A DNA stretch of 64,000 nucleotides, taken from positions 255,151 to 319,150 of the forward strand of contig JBMNHC010000001.1 of NCBI GenBank assembly GCA_050950165.1, read 5' to 3'. Below the pieces are notes generated by a model. It did not search any database, had not been told where the DNA came from, and saw only the letters and a list, made by a program, of their open reading frames with translations. A program made the position numbers and the translations under genes. Each line of letters starts with the position of its first letter. The stretch's first letter is position 1. Of this stretch, positions 51,452-60,929 are shown one piece after another. Source of the DNA: Candidatus Dojkabacteria bacterium. GTDB lineage: Bacteria > Patescibacteriota > Dojkabacteria > SC72.

Positions 51452-51578
51452 AGGACAATTATTTATAGGTTATAAATTACATGCATGTACAAAGAGGAGC
51501 CTACAAGCCATATGCAAAAATGGATGTAAACACGGCAATAATCCTCTCAATTAAAGCAAAAATTAGATAACTCTGGGG

Positions 51579-51607
51579 AGTTTAGCATATTTATGCTAGA
51601 TAGTCAA
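51579..51607 (-). promoter_or_regulatory. Putative sigma70 promoter of rpoBC
   Basis: TTGACT-N17-TAAACT with an extended -10 TG; the spacer contains a 7-2-7 palindrome. Confidence 0.7.
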
Positions 51608-51722
51608 AGGGTTTCTTGCTCTTTTAGGTTGTATATATACAAGGAAATAATATAATATGATATAACCTTTGTCAAAAGGCACAGATTCCTCTATTATCTA
51701 ATATATCCTAATAAATAAAGAA

Positions 51723-53906
51723 ATGCCCCGAAAAAAGAAAATAAAAAATATAAATATAAAAAGCTCAGAGACTAAAATCTTCTCTGGTTTAGTACTTCTT
51801 GTCTTAGGTGTAGCACTTTTAATAGCACCGATGGTAGATCAACAAGCAGATATATTCATATATATATCTAAATTTTTAGGCTGGCCATCTACAATATGGG
51901 GAATAGCTACCCTTTACCTCTCAATATATTTACTAACTCAAGGTAAAAGTTGTAAAAACTGGGGAAGACTTTTCGGTTTAACAACACTAGCAATTACTTT
52001 AAATATTCTTTTTACCTTCTGGCTTCCCAAAGAAACATTGGATATTACAGAAGGACTAGAGAGAGCTGGTGGTCTTTTTGGTAAAACTTTACATTTAGCA
52101 ATAAATAGTACCTTTGGAGAGATAATTGAACTCGTAATATTACTAATACTACTTGTTGTAGCTTTCTCTTTCATAACAAGTGTCAAGTTAGAAGAGATAA
52201 CTGCATTTGTACACCAACTCTTCGGCAATATTAAAATTAAAGATTTGAAGGATAGGTTAGCCGAAGGTAAAGCTGAAAAAGATCTCGTTATCAGTGGACT
52301 AACAGAAGAAGATGAACCTGATCTGTTTACTAGCGAAAAACCTCAAGAGAGCGAAATAGAGCCTGAGATAGAGAATCTTACTGTAAAGAGAGAAGCAGTT
52401 TTGCCTCGTCATATTCATCAGCCTCCTTCTGAAGAGACCAATGATATTGATTCACTTCCTAAATATCCAAACTGGGTATACCCTAAGATAGATAATTTAC
52501 AAGAGCCACAGAAAGCAAAGCAGGATGAGGAAGCATACAAACATGATTCTAGAGTAATTGAAAGAGTTTTAAAGAACTTCGGTATTAATGGTAAAGCCGT
52601 TAAAGTTGAGATAGGGCCAACTGTAGTTAGATATGCATTAAGTCTTTCTGCAGATACAAGAATTGCAAAGATAAAGAGTTTAGTAGATAACCTAGCTGTA
52701 TCTTTAATGATTAACAAAGAGCTAGTTAGAATAGAAACTCCAATACCAGGAACTTCTTTTGTTGGAATAGAGATACCCAACAAGACTCCAAACTTTGTAT
52801 ATGCAAAAGAGATGGCTAAAAAACTTCTCTCTCAGGCAGATAAATATGAACTTCCAATGATTCTAGGTAAAGATATCGCAGGTCAAACTGTAATAAAAGA
52901 TTTAGTAAATATTCCACATCTGCTTGTAGCTGGAGCAACAAACACAGGTAAATCTGTTGGTATAAATGCAATCCTTGCTGGATTACTACTAACAAAAACC
53001 CCAGATGAACTTAAGTTAATAATGGTAGATCCAAAAAGAGTAGAAATGACTCCTTACAATGGAATACCTCATCTTCTAACTCCAATAATTACAGATATGG
53101 AATTAGTTGTTAATGCTTTAAACTGGTCCATAGATGAGATGATGAAAAGATACCGTATGCTAGAGCAAGCAAGAGTAAGAAAGATTACAGAATACAACAG
53201 AAACATTGGATATACTGCAATGCCATATTTGGTAATAGTTGTAGATGAGATGGCTGACTTAATGTTAGTAGCTGGTAAAGAGGTAGAACCAAAAATTCAA
53301 AGACTTGCACAGATGGGAAGAGCTGTTGGAGTACACCTAATTCTCGCTACACAGAAGCCAATAGTTGAGGTAATTACAGGATTAATCAAGTCAAATATTC
53401 CAGGAAGAATGGCATTTGCTGTCACATCTTCCATGGACTCAAGAGTAATATTAGACCAAACTGGAGCAGAGAACTTACTAGGTAGTGGAGATATGCTCTT
53501 TAAAGACCAAACAATGCCCAAATCTATCAGAATACAAGGTACCTACATCTCTACTGAAGATACTGAGGATATAATTCGACAAGTTAAGGCTCAAGTAAGT
53601 GAAGACCAATCAACATACTCAGAAGAGCTAAAGAGTGCAATTGAAAGACCACAAACACAACACGGTACTGCTAGTGGTGAAAGAGAACCTGAATTTGAAG
53701 TCGCACTACAAATTGTAATAGCAGAGGGTAAAGCCTCCGCTTCCTTACTTCAAAGAAGATTAAAGATTGGGTACAACAAAGCTTCTAGATTAATAGAGCA
53801 ATTAGAAGAAGCAGGAGCAATAGCTGCTCAAGACGGAGTAAAACCAAGAGAAGTACTTGTAAACTCTCCAGAAGAGATACTGGGAGAATCAACACAAGAG
53901 TCCTAG
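51723..53906 (+). CDS. ftsK: DNA translocase FtsK
   Basis: N-terminal TMs; GPTVVRY, PHLLVAGATNTGKSV, DPKRVE, VVDEMADLM, GAENLLGSGDML; gamma domain SASLLQRRLKIGYNKA. Confidence 0.97.
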   Translation: MPRKKKIKNINIKSSETKIFSGLVLLVLGVALLIAPMVDQQADIFIYISKFLGWPSTIWGIATLYLSIYLLTQGKSCKNWGRLFGLTTLAITLNILFTFWLPKETLDITEGLERAGGLFGKTLHLAINSTFGEIIELVILLILLVVAFSFITSVKLEEITAFVHQLFGNIKIKDLKDRLAEGKAEKDLVISGLTEEDEPDLFTSEKPQESEIEPEIENLTVKREAVLPRHIHQPPSEETNDIDSLPKYPNWVYPKIDNLQEPQKAKQDEEAYKHDSRVIERVLKNFGINGKAVKVEIGPTVVRYALSLSADTRIAKIKSLVDNLAVSLMINKELVRIETPIPGTSFVGIEIPNKTPNFVYAKEMAKKLLSQADKYELPMILGKDIAGQTVIKDLVNIPHLLVAGATNTGKSVGINAILAGLLLTKTPDELKLIMVDPKRVEMTPYNGIPHLLTPIITDMELVVNALNWSIDEMMKRYRMLEQARVRKITEYNRNIGYTAMPYLVIVVDEMADLMLVAGKEVEPKIQRLAQMGRAVGVHLILATQKPIVEVITGLIKSNIPGRMAFAVTSSMDSRVILDQTGAENLLGSGDMLFKDQTMPKSIRIQGTYISTEDTEDIIRQVKAQVSEDQSTYSEELKSAIERPQTQHGTASGEREPEFEVALQIVIAEGKASASLLQRRLKIGYNKASRLIEQLEEAGAIAAQDGVKPREVLVNSPEEILGESTQES

Positions 53907-53928
53907 AGTTTGATATACTCTTTATGCA

Positions 53929-54873
53929 ATGATTACTGCAGGAGAAGTGTTAAAAAACAAGAGAGAATCTCTTGGTAAAAACCTAAATACTGTATCTGTT
54001 GATACAAAGATACAGAAGAGATTCCTTGAATATCTAGAGAATAATCAATACGAGAAGTTTGACTCAGACGTATTTGCTTCTGGCTTTATTAAAATATACT
54101 CCAAATACTTAGGCTTAGATGTTGAAAAAGTACTAGCTGTATACAGAAGAAGTAACCTTCAAAAAAAAGAAGTAAAGAACAAACAGTCTTCATCTTTAAA
54201 AACAAAAAAAAGATTAAAAATCGAACTAACTCCTCAACTAATATCAATAACTGCACTCTCTATCTTTCTTCTGTTAGTAATTGGATATATTGGATATCAG
54301 ATATATAAATTTCAAACTCCACCACAACTAACCATCACATACCCAACAGATGAATATGAATCTAATCAAGAAAAAATATTTGTTAAAGGTAGTACAGACG
54401 CTGGCTCTACCATCTCCATAAATGGCCTACCAACAGATATTGATGCATTAGGATACTTTGAGAAAGAGATTACACTAAACGAAGGAGCAAACAGTATTAC
54501 AGTAACAGCAAGAAAGAAATCGAACAGTTCTTTAGAAAGTACAGAAACTTTAAAAGTTTTCTATAAAATAGAGAGTGAGCAACCAGAACAGAAAGAAGAG
54601 AAGCCTACAGAGTTTAAGGTCTTACTTCAGATTAGTGAAAGTTCTGCTTGGATTAAGTTGGACATTGACGGAAAAAACAAAGTAGCTCAAATATTAGAAC
54701 CAAATATATCAAAAGAATTTACTCTTACTCAGACATTAACTCTTGTGACAGGTAAGATTACCTCTACATCTCTAAAGATTAATAATGAAAAGATAAATAT
54801 ATCTGCATCACCTACTAGTGGTATAGGGCAAGTAGAGTGTAATATTGTTCAAAATAGGGTTGAATGTAAATAG
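53929..54873 (+). CDS. RodZ-like HTH/TM protein with Ig-like and DUF4115-like domains
   Basis: GEVLKNKRE..TKIQKRFLEYLE..GFIKIYSKYLGLD; TM; PPQLTITYP..LNEGAN; directly after ftsK. Confidence 0.8.
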   Translation: MITAGEVLKNKRESLGKNLNTVSVDTKIQKRFLEYLENNQYEKFDSDVFASGFIKIYSKYLGLDVEKVLAVYRRSNLQKKEVKNKQSSSLKTKKRLKIELTPQLISITALSIFLLLVIGYIGYQIYKFQTPPQLTITYPTDEYESNQEKIFVKGSTDAGSTISINGLPTDIDALGYFEKEITLNEGANSITVTARKKSNSSLESTETLKVFYKIESEQPEQKEEKPTEFKVLLQISESSAWIKLDIDGKNKVAQILEPNISKEFTLTQTLTLVTGKITSTSLKINNEKINISASPTSGIGQVECNIVQNRVECK

Positions 54874-54890
54874 TTTGGTATAATCCACAT

Positions 54891-56612
54891 ATGGATTCAA
54901 ATAGAGACCAAATTGAAGAGATTAGGAACAGATTAGATATCGTAGATGTTGTAGGCAGATATGTACAATTAAAACAAGCTGGTAAAAACTTTTTAGGCCT
55001 CTGCCCATTTCATACAGAGAAGACTGCATCATTTGTTGTTAGTCCTGAGCTACAAAGATATAAATGTTTTGGATGTTTAGCATCAGGAGATATATTCAAT
55101 TTTGTTCAGAATATAGAGCATATAGATTTTCCAGAAGCACTAGAGAAGCTAGCTAAAGAGGCAGGAGTTGTACTTAAGAAAAGAAAAGAAAATACAATAT
55201 ATACTAGATTGGAAGAGATAAATAAAAAAGCAGCTATCTTCTTCTACAAAGAACTACTTAATCCACTAAATAAGAGTGCATTAGAATATGTACAAAGCAG
55301 AGGAATTACAAAAGAAAGTATTAAAACTTTTGGAATAGGATATGCCTCTGATGGTAAAAAGCTTCTCTCTTTTGTTCAAAAAGATAATAAATATAGTAAG
55401 GATGAATTAATTAACTCTGGTCTCTTTGTTTTAAAAGAGGGAAAAGTAAGATCAAAATTTTACAAAAGGATAATGTTTCCAATTAGATCTAGTTCAGGTA
55501 AAGTAATAGCTTTTACTGGAAGAGTACTACCTAGTAACGACTTCGGTCCAAAATATATGAACTCTCCAGAAACACCAATATATCACAAGAAGGAGAATGT
55601 GTATGGTCAATACGAATCAAGACAAGAGATTAGAAAACAAGATTTAGCGATATTTTGCGAAGGAACAACAGATGTTATCTCTACACACCAAGCAGGTATA
55701 AAGAATATCGTTGCTCCATTAGGAACCTCACTTACAAAAGAACAGGTAGAGAAGATCTCTAAATTAACAAAGAATATTCTTTTCATCTTCGATAGTGATA
55801 GTGCAGGACAGTTAGCACTAGAGAGAGCTTTTTTAATATCTCAGGAGCTTGGCTTAACTACTTTTGCAGCAAACACACTCCCTTACAAAGATATAGATGA
55901 ATTAGTAAGCAAAGATTCTAAAAAATTAAAAACTTTAATATCAAAAAGAGTAGATACTTTTACATATCTTCTAATTTCAAAACTTCAGAATAGAGATTTA
56001 AATAAACTACAAGAGTATACAAAAGTCCTCTCATGGATAGAGAGAATGCTCAAAAATGAGCGTAACAAAGCCACTTTTGCCTTCTACGTGAAAAGAGTCC
56101 GTGAAATCGCCAAAATTGACGTGTCGAATAGTAGCTCTAGTACAACAAAATTGTACACTAAGAAATCACATTTTAAAAAGTCCGCAAGTTCCATGCCAAG
56201 AACCCATATATACACTCAACTTCTCCTCTATCTCGATGAAATAAAATTCCCGAAGTACCACGTTTTAAAATACTTTAAAGGTGAAAGTGTGTATGAAATT
56301 CTTAGATATATAAAAAATAATCCTGGAATAACTAGAACAGAGATACTCTCCCATTTTCAAGATGACCAAACTAAGAGATTAATAGAAAATATGATATTCT
56401 CATTTTCAGGAACAGAAACAGACGAAGAAGAACTAGACTCTGTGTATAAGAATATTGTAAATGACTACTTCCTTAAAAAAGAAAAAGATATTAATATGAA
56501 GATATCAATAGCAGAAGCAGAGGGAAATCAGAAAGAGAGTGAACGCTTACTGCGAAAATATCAAACTTTAACTGAAGAGAAAAGAAAACATGAACAGAGT
56601 AGCAAACTATGA
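54891..56612 (+). CDS. dnaG: DNA primase
   Basis: GLCPFHTEKT..CFGC, RIMFPI, PKYMNSPET, EGTTDV, FDSDSAG. Confidence 0.97.
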   Translation: MDSNRDQIEEIRNRLDIVDVVGRYVQLKQAGKNFLGLCPFHTEKTASFVVSPELQRYKCFGCLASGDIFNFVQNIEHIDFPEALEKLAKEAGVVLKKRKENTIYTRLEEINKKAAIFFYKELLNPLNKSALEYVQSRGITKESIKTFGIGYASDGKKLLSFVQKDNKYSKDELINSGLFVLKEGKVRSKFYKRIMFPIRSSSGKVIAFTGRVLPSNDFGPKYMNSPETPIYHKKENVYGQYESRQEIRKQDLAIFCEGTTDVISTHQAGIKNIVAPLGTSLTKEQVEKISKLTKNILFIFDSDSAGQLALERAFLISQELGLTTFAANTLPYKDIDELVSKDSKKLKTLISKRVDTFTYLLISKLQNRDLNKLQEYTKVLSWIERMLKNERNKATFAFYVKRVREIAKIDVSNSSSSTTKLYTKKSHFKKSASSMPRTHIYTQLLLYLDEIKFPKYHVLKYFKGESVYEILRYIKNNPGITRTEILSHFQDDQTKRLIENMIFSFSGTETDEEELDSVYKNIVNDYFLKKEKDINMKISIAEAEGNQKESERLLRKYQTLTEEKRKHEQSSKL

Positions 56613-57516
56613 CACCTTAGATTACAACTACCAAACATATTGGTTAAAAAGAGAGTATGAAAACATGGCAGAACATATTCTTCTTGCAAGAATCATGAAG
56701 AACAAAGGTGGTAAGTGGTTTATAGATATAGGGGGGTCGTATGGAAGATTAGCAGATATATATTATAAAAAATATAAAAAACCAATAATTGTTGACTATT
56801 CTCTAAAAACATTAAAAAAGAACTATCAATATCTAATACAAAAATATCCCGATATTACATTAATTGCTGCTAATGCATATAACCTACCTTTTAAACAGAA
56901 TACTTTTGATGGTGCTCTCATGGTGAGAGTACTGCACCATATAGAGAAGCCTAACCAATATTTCAAAGAGATATATAGAACAATCAAGCCTAATGGTAAA
57001 TATATACAAGAATTTGCTAATAAACTGCATATAAAGGCGGTAATAAGAGCAATACTTAAGCTAAATTTCTCCATATTTACCAAAGACCCATATCAACAAC
57101 CTACACAAGGAAACTTTGAAGGAGCAAGAAAGGACTCTAATGTTGCCTTCTACAACTATCACTACCTTTGGGTTAAAGATCTTTTAAAGAAAACAGGCTT
57201 TAGAGTAGTAAAGAGGTATGGGTGTTCATTTTTAAGAATAGGGTTTCTAAAGAAGATGTTTAGTACTAAAGTGTTACTCCTAATTGAAAACCTTTTACAA
57301 AAGACTCTCTCATGGACAAACATTGCTCCTAGTATATTCTTAGATAGTACGGTTATAAAAGAAGATGGAGATATGAAAGAGTACAACAAATTAGAAGAGA
57401 TACTTGTATGTCCAGCTTGTAAGAGTAATTTAGAATTTAATAGTAATACTGCTTACTGCAAAAAGTGTAGTAAGAGATTTAAAAAAGAAGGCAATATTTG
57501 GGATTTTAGAGTATAA
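56590..57516 (+). CDS. Class I SAM methyltransferase with C-terminal Trm112-like zinc ribbon
   Basis: IDIGGSYGR, LPFKQNTFD, VRVLHH, IKPNG; C-terminus EILVCPACK..CKKC..GNIWDF. Confidence 0.85.
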   Translation: MNRVANYDTLDYNYQTYWLKREYENMAEHILLARIMKNKGGKWFIDIGGSYGRLADIYYKKYKKPIIVDYSLKTLKKNYQYLIQKYPDITLIAANAYNLPFKQNTFDGALMVRVLHHIEKPNQYFKEIYRTIKPNGKYIQEFANKLHIKAVIRAILKLNFSIFTKDPYQQPTQGNFEGARKDSNVAFYNYHYLWVKDLLKKTGFRVVKRYGCSFLRIGFLKKMFSTKVLLLIENLLQKTLSWTNIAPSIFLDSTVIKEDGDMKEYNKLEEILVCPACKSNLEFNSNTAYCKKCSKRFKKEGNIWDFRV

Positions 57517-58239
57517 ATGAAGCCAAAAAGAGCGTTAGGACAAAATTTCTTTATTAACAAAAATCTAGGAGACCACATTATTAACACCTTAGTAAAGAGT
57601 AATAGTAAGGGCGTATTAGAAATTGGTCCTGGTTTAGGATTTTTTACTGAGAGATTAATTAAGGTTTTCAATGATTTAATTGTTGTTGAAAAAGATAATG
57701 CCTTAGCTAAAAACTTACAACTACTTTTTCCCAATATTAGAGTAATTAATGAGGATTTTTTAGATCTAGAACTAGATACTTTTAAAGATATTACATACTT
57801 TGGTTCTCTTCCTTACAATGTATCAAAACCAATTATCAAAAAGATAATTCAAAGCAATACTTTTAAAAACCCTGCATATTTTATAATACAGAAAGAAGTT
57901 GCAGAGAAATATATATATATAAGACCTTACAATATATTATCCCTTACTACTGCAATATATGCAGATGTTAAAAAACTTTTAGATATCTCCCCTAGCTCTT
58001 TTAAACCACAACCTAATGTAGAGAGTTCATTAGTTGTTTTCTATCCTAAAAAAGAGATATTTGGTAAGTATGCAGAGTTAGAAAAATTAATAACTATGGC
58101 ATTTAAACAACCTAGAAAAACACTAAAGAACAATCTAAAAGGAACTAAATATATTAACTTAGAAGGCTTTGAATCTGCTAGGGCGGAAGAGCTCTCATTA
58201 GACAACTATATCTCCATATTATTAAACAACTCTTGCTAA
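57517..58239 (+). CDS. rsmA: 16S rRNA m6,2A dimethyltransferase KsgA/RsmA
   Basis: KRALGQNF, VLEIGPGLG, VEKD, QKEVAE, FKPQPNVES, RKTLKNNL, RAEELS. Confidence 0.93.
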   Translation: MKPKRALGQNFFINKNLGDHIINTLVKSNSKGVLEIGPGLGFFTERLIKVFNDLIVVEKDNALAKNLQLLFPNIRVINEDFLDLELDTFKDITYFGSLPYNVSKPIIKKIIQSNTFKNPAYFIIQKEVAEKYIYIRPYNILSLTTAIYADVKKLLDISPSSFKPQPNVESSLVVFYPKKEIFGKYAELEKLITMAFKQPRKTLKNNLKGTKYINLEGFESARAEELSLDNYISILLNNSC

Positions 58240-58255
58240 ATGGTATAATTGCCTA

Positions 58256-58711
58256 ATGGAAAAAAGCAAAGAGGAAAAGAAAGAGAAACAACTAGACTTT
58301 GGATTAAAAAATCCTCCCCAAAATGTATATTATAAATACAAAGATCAATACGAATTATGGCTTGCAAGGTTAGAAACTAACAAGTTTATGAAAGATATAT
58401 TAGTATGGTTTACACTAATTATTAGTATATCCTTAATATTTACACAGATCTATACAATAGAGACATTGGATAGATTACCTTCCAAGATACCCGTATTTAG
58501 CTACTATCTTACTCTCTCTTCAAGACTTGTAAGCTCGCATTGGATATATCTCTATCCAATAATTTCAATAGTAATCCTTCTTACTGGTATGTATATATCA
58601 AACAAGTATTTCCACAAAGAGAGAGATCTTGCAAAAACATTATTAATTACTATTCTTTTAGCTAATATCTCTCTTGCAATAATATTTATGAAATTAGTTT
58701 ATACTTTTTAA
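58256..58711 (+). CDS. Hypothetical 3-TM membrane protein
   Basis: TM, LPSKIPVFSYY loop, two further TMs; 2 bp before the WecA-like gene. Confidence 0.7.
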   Translation: MEKSKEEKKEKQLDFGLKNPPQNVYYKYKDQYELWLARLETNKFMKDILVWFTLIISISLIFTQIYTIETLDRLPSKIPVFSYYLTLSSRLVSSHWIYLYPIISIVILLTGMYISNKYFHKERDLAKTLLITILLANISLAIIFMKLVYTF

Positions 58712-58713
58712 CT

Positions 58714-59925
58714 ATGGATATCTCTATTCCTACACCAATATTAGAAAAAATACTTAGAATAAATGAGCTTAGTATCTTAACAGAGTATGATAAGTACTTG
58801 AATTACTGGCCACTTCTATTGATAGGATTAATACTCTCTTTTTTACTAACTCCCATCGTTGGTAATATTGCAAAGAAATATAATCTTACATATGTACCAG
58901 GCAAAGGAAAAAATGATAGAGAGTTTGATAATCCTGAAAAGGCAGTACATGATATAGAGACTCCATCTCTAGGAGGAGTTTCTATCATTGTAGTAGTTCT
59001 TCTTGGAATACTACTTCTTTTTAAACCAGATGCAACAACAATACCTATCCTCTTAGCACTAACTGTATTAGCAATAGGGGCGACTCTTGATGATATTTTA
59101 GTTCTTTCATCTAAAGTACAGTTAGGATATCAAATACTAGCTGCTTCAATTATAGCCATATCTACAATTGATTTCTCTTCTGTTAGTTTCTTTACAGACG
59201 ATTTTCTAAACCTCTCTATGTATACATGGAGCTTTAATATTTTCTCTTTTCCACTCTCCTTTGTATTTCCTGGAGATTTAATTCTAATTGCTTGGATATT
59301 ACTCTGTATTAACTCTGTAAAATGGGTAGCAGGTTCTCCCGGTTTAGTCGAATCCTACTCTTTAGTGATATTTTTCTTACTCTTTATAATAGGAATAAGA
59401 ACATTTTCTCTCTTTTCATCCAGTATAAGTATATTAACTGCAGGAGCAATGATTTCACTTCTTTACTTTGCATATCCACCTAATCAGAAAATAATGTCTG
59501 GTTCTAGTGGTAAGTCAATATATGGGTTTTTAATAGCCATATTAGCACTGGTTGGAGGGTTAAAATTCTCAACTACGATAATGCTTCTTGCAATACCAAT
59601 AGTTGATTCCATCTATGTAATTATCTACAGAATAATAAAATACAAGCCTAAGAATCCAATAGAGTTGATGAAAATAAATGACACCTCTCATCTACATCAT
59701 AGACTTCTTAAGCTAAATCTGTCTAGAAAACAGGTAATCTTAATAGAAACAGCAGTATCTTTACTAATAGGGTCATTTGCAATATTAACAGTAGGTGCAA
59801 TGAGATACTTTGTTTTAATATTTGGTATTGCATTTGCCATATCCTTTGTTGTATTTGTAAATTACAAAGCAACTAAGAAAGACGAAGAGAAACCTAAGTC
59901 TCCTGAATCTAAGTATTCGTATTGA
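58714..59925 (+). CDS. MraY/WecA/TagO-like (glycosyl transferase family 4) membrane protein with divergent active site
   Basis: VHDIETPSLGG, GATLDD, PIVDSIYVI..R and HLHHRLL motifs; many TMs. Confidence 0.85.
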   Translation: MDISIPTPILEKILRINELSILTEYDKYLNYWPLLLIGLILSFLLTPIVGNIAKKYNLTYVPGKGKNDREFDNPEKAVHDIETPSLGGVSIIVVVLLGILLLFKPDATTIPILLALTVLAIGATLDDILVLSSKVQLGYQILAASIIAISTIDFSSVSFFTDDFLNLSMYTWSFNIFSFPLSFVFPGDLILIAWILLCINSVKWVAGSPGLVESYSLVIFFLLFIIGIRTFSLFSSSISILTAGAMISLLYFAYPPNQKIMSGSSGKSIYGFLIAILALVGGLKFSTTIMLLAIPIVDSIYVIIYRIIKYKPKNPIELMKINDTSHLHHRLLKLNLSRKQVILIETAVSLLIGSFAILTVGAMRYFVLIFGIAFAISFVVFVNYKATKKDEEKPKSPESKYSY

Positions 59926-60043
59926 AAACCTTTTGTACCGAGCCTTTCTGTTGTCTTCTTCTACATTTTTCAAATACTTTGAATTTTAGATTGTAAAAAG
60001 TTTACTCCTTATTTAAAATAACGGTATATTAACAAAAAGTCAT

Positions 60044-60577
60044 ATGCAAAATAAAATATATATATTCATAGGACCTCCTAGTTCTGGTAAGTCATACCTC
60101 GGAAGAAAATATGCAGAATACAAAGGTTACACATTTTACGAAGCTGATGATGACTACAAAGAAGAATACCGAGAAAGAACAAAAATATCTCCAGAAGAAA
60201 CAGAGAAGGTCTATGAAGAGTTCTATTCAACGGTAATAGGGAAGATAAAAGAAAAGCTTAAATTAGGAAAATCTGTTGTTGTTGCCTCAGCTATCGGTAA
60301 GCAAAGAAACAGAGATAGATTTACAGAAGAATTTGGTGAAGATGTCTGTTTTGTATATATAAAGACATCTCAGAAAAATCTAGTTCATAACGCACTTACA
60401 AAAGAGTTTCCTGCTCTTCAAGGGGTAGAAAAACTAGAGAAGAAAGTAGCACAGGGTTTAAGGGAACATCTAAGCAAAAAATTCTTAAAATATGAGACTC
60501 CTGTAAATGTAATTGTCGTTGAAAATGATTATTCTGAGAATGTAATCCCTAAGATGATCGACTTGTTAGAAGAATAA
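60044..60577 (+). CDS. P-loop small-molecule kinase (gluconate/shikimate kinase-like)
   Basis: IFIGPPSSGKS, FYEADDD, VVVASA..RNRDRF. Confidence 0.7.
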   Translation: MQNKIYIFIGPPSSGKSYLGRKYAEYKGYTFYEADDDYKEEYRERTKISPEETEKVYEEFYSTVIGKIKEKLKLGKSVVVASAIGKQRNRDRFTEEFGEDVCFVYIKTSQKNLVHNALTKEFPALQGVEKLEKKVAQGLREHLSKKFLKYETPVNVIVVENDYSENVIPKMIDLLEE

Positions 60578-60590
60578 CTGTTATTAATCA

Positions 60591-60644
60591 AAAAGAAAAA
60601 GCCTAGCAGGTATATCATATATATATTCATATATACCCACTGGG
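60591..60644 (-). terminator. Putative terminator between convergent genes
   Basis: Imperfect hairpin with a GGTATAT/ATATACC core, followed by TTTTTCTTTT on the minus strand. Confidence 0.5.
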
Positions 60645-60653
60645 TGTTATTTG

Positions 60654-60929
60654 CTAGATTTTTTCGAAGAATTCCCACAATTCCCACAATGTGGTCTTTA
60701 CCTGGATCATCTTCTTTGCTTCCTCTTGAGCCTCCAAAGGGATAGCTAGTTCTTGGAATAAACCTTCCAGTATACTTACTATCCCCGGAAAGGGGACTCC
60801 CTTCTTAGAAAAATGCACAAAGACTGTATGAAGGTCTTCCTGCACACCTGTATCCTCTCTTTTAGCCTTAGAGACTAAAAATTTCTCCACTTGTTTAAGT
60901 TCTTCTGCAGTCATGCTAAATTTTGCCAT
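60654..60929 (-). CDS. Small hypothetical protein
   Basis: ATG 60929 preceded by a strong SD (GGAAGGAG); TATAAT further upstream; 91 aa. Confidence 0.65.
   Translation of the reverse strand: MAKFSMTAEELKQVEKFLVSKAKREDTGVQEDLHTVFVHFSKKGVPFPGIVSILEGLFQELAIPLEAQEEAKKMIQVKTTLWELWEFFEKI

Noticed and set aside
17324-51587. Shared TGGGGAGTTTnGCA at 17324 and 51574, both upstream of minus-strand genes
   Set aside because: Only two copies, at different offsets from the predicted -10 boxes; chance cannot be excluded.
60610-60637. (AT)n-rich run resembling a microsatellite
   Set aside because: Short and better explained as part of a terminator hairpin.
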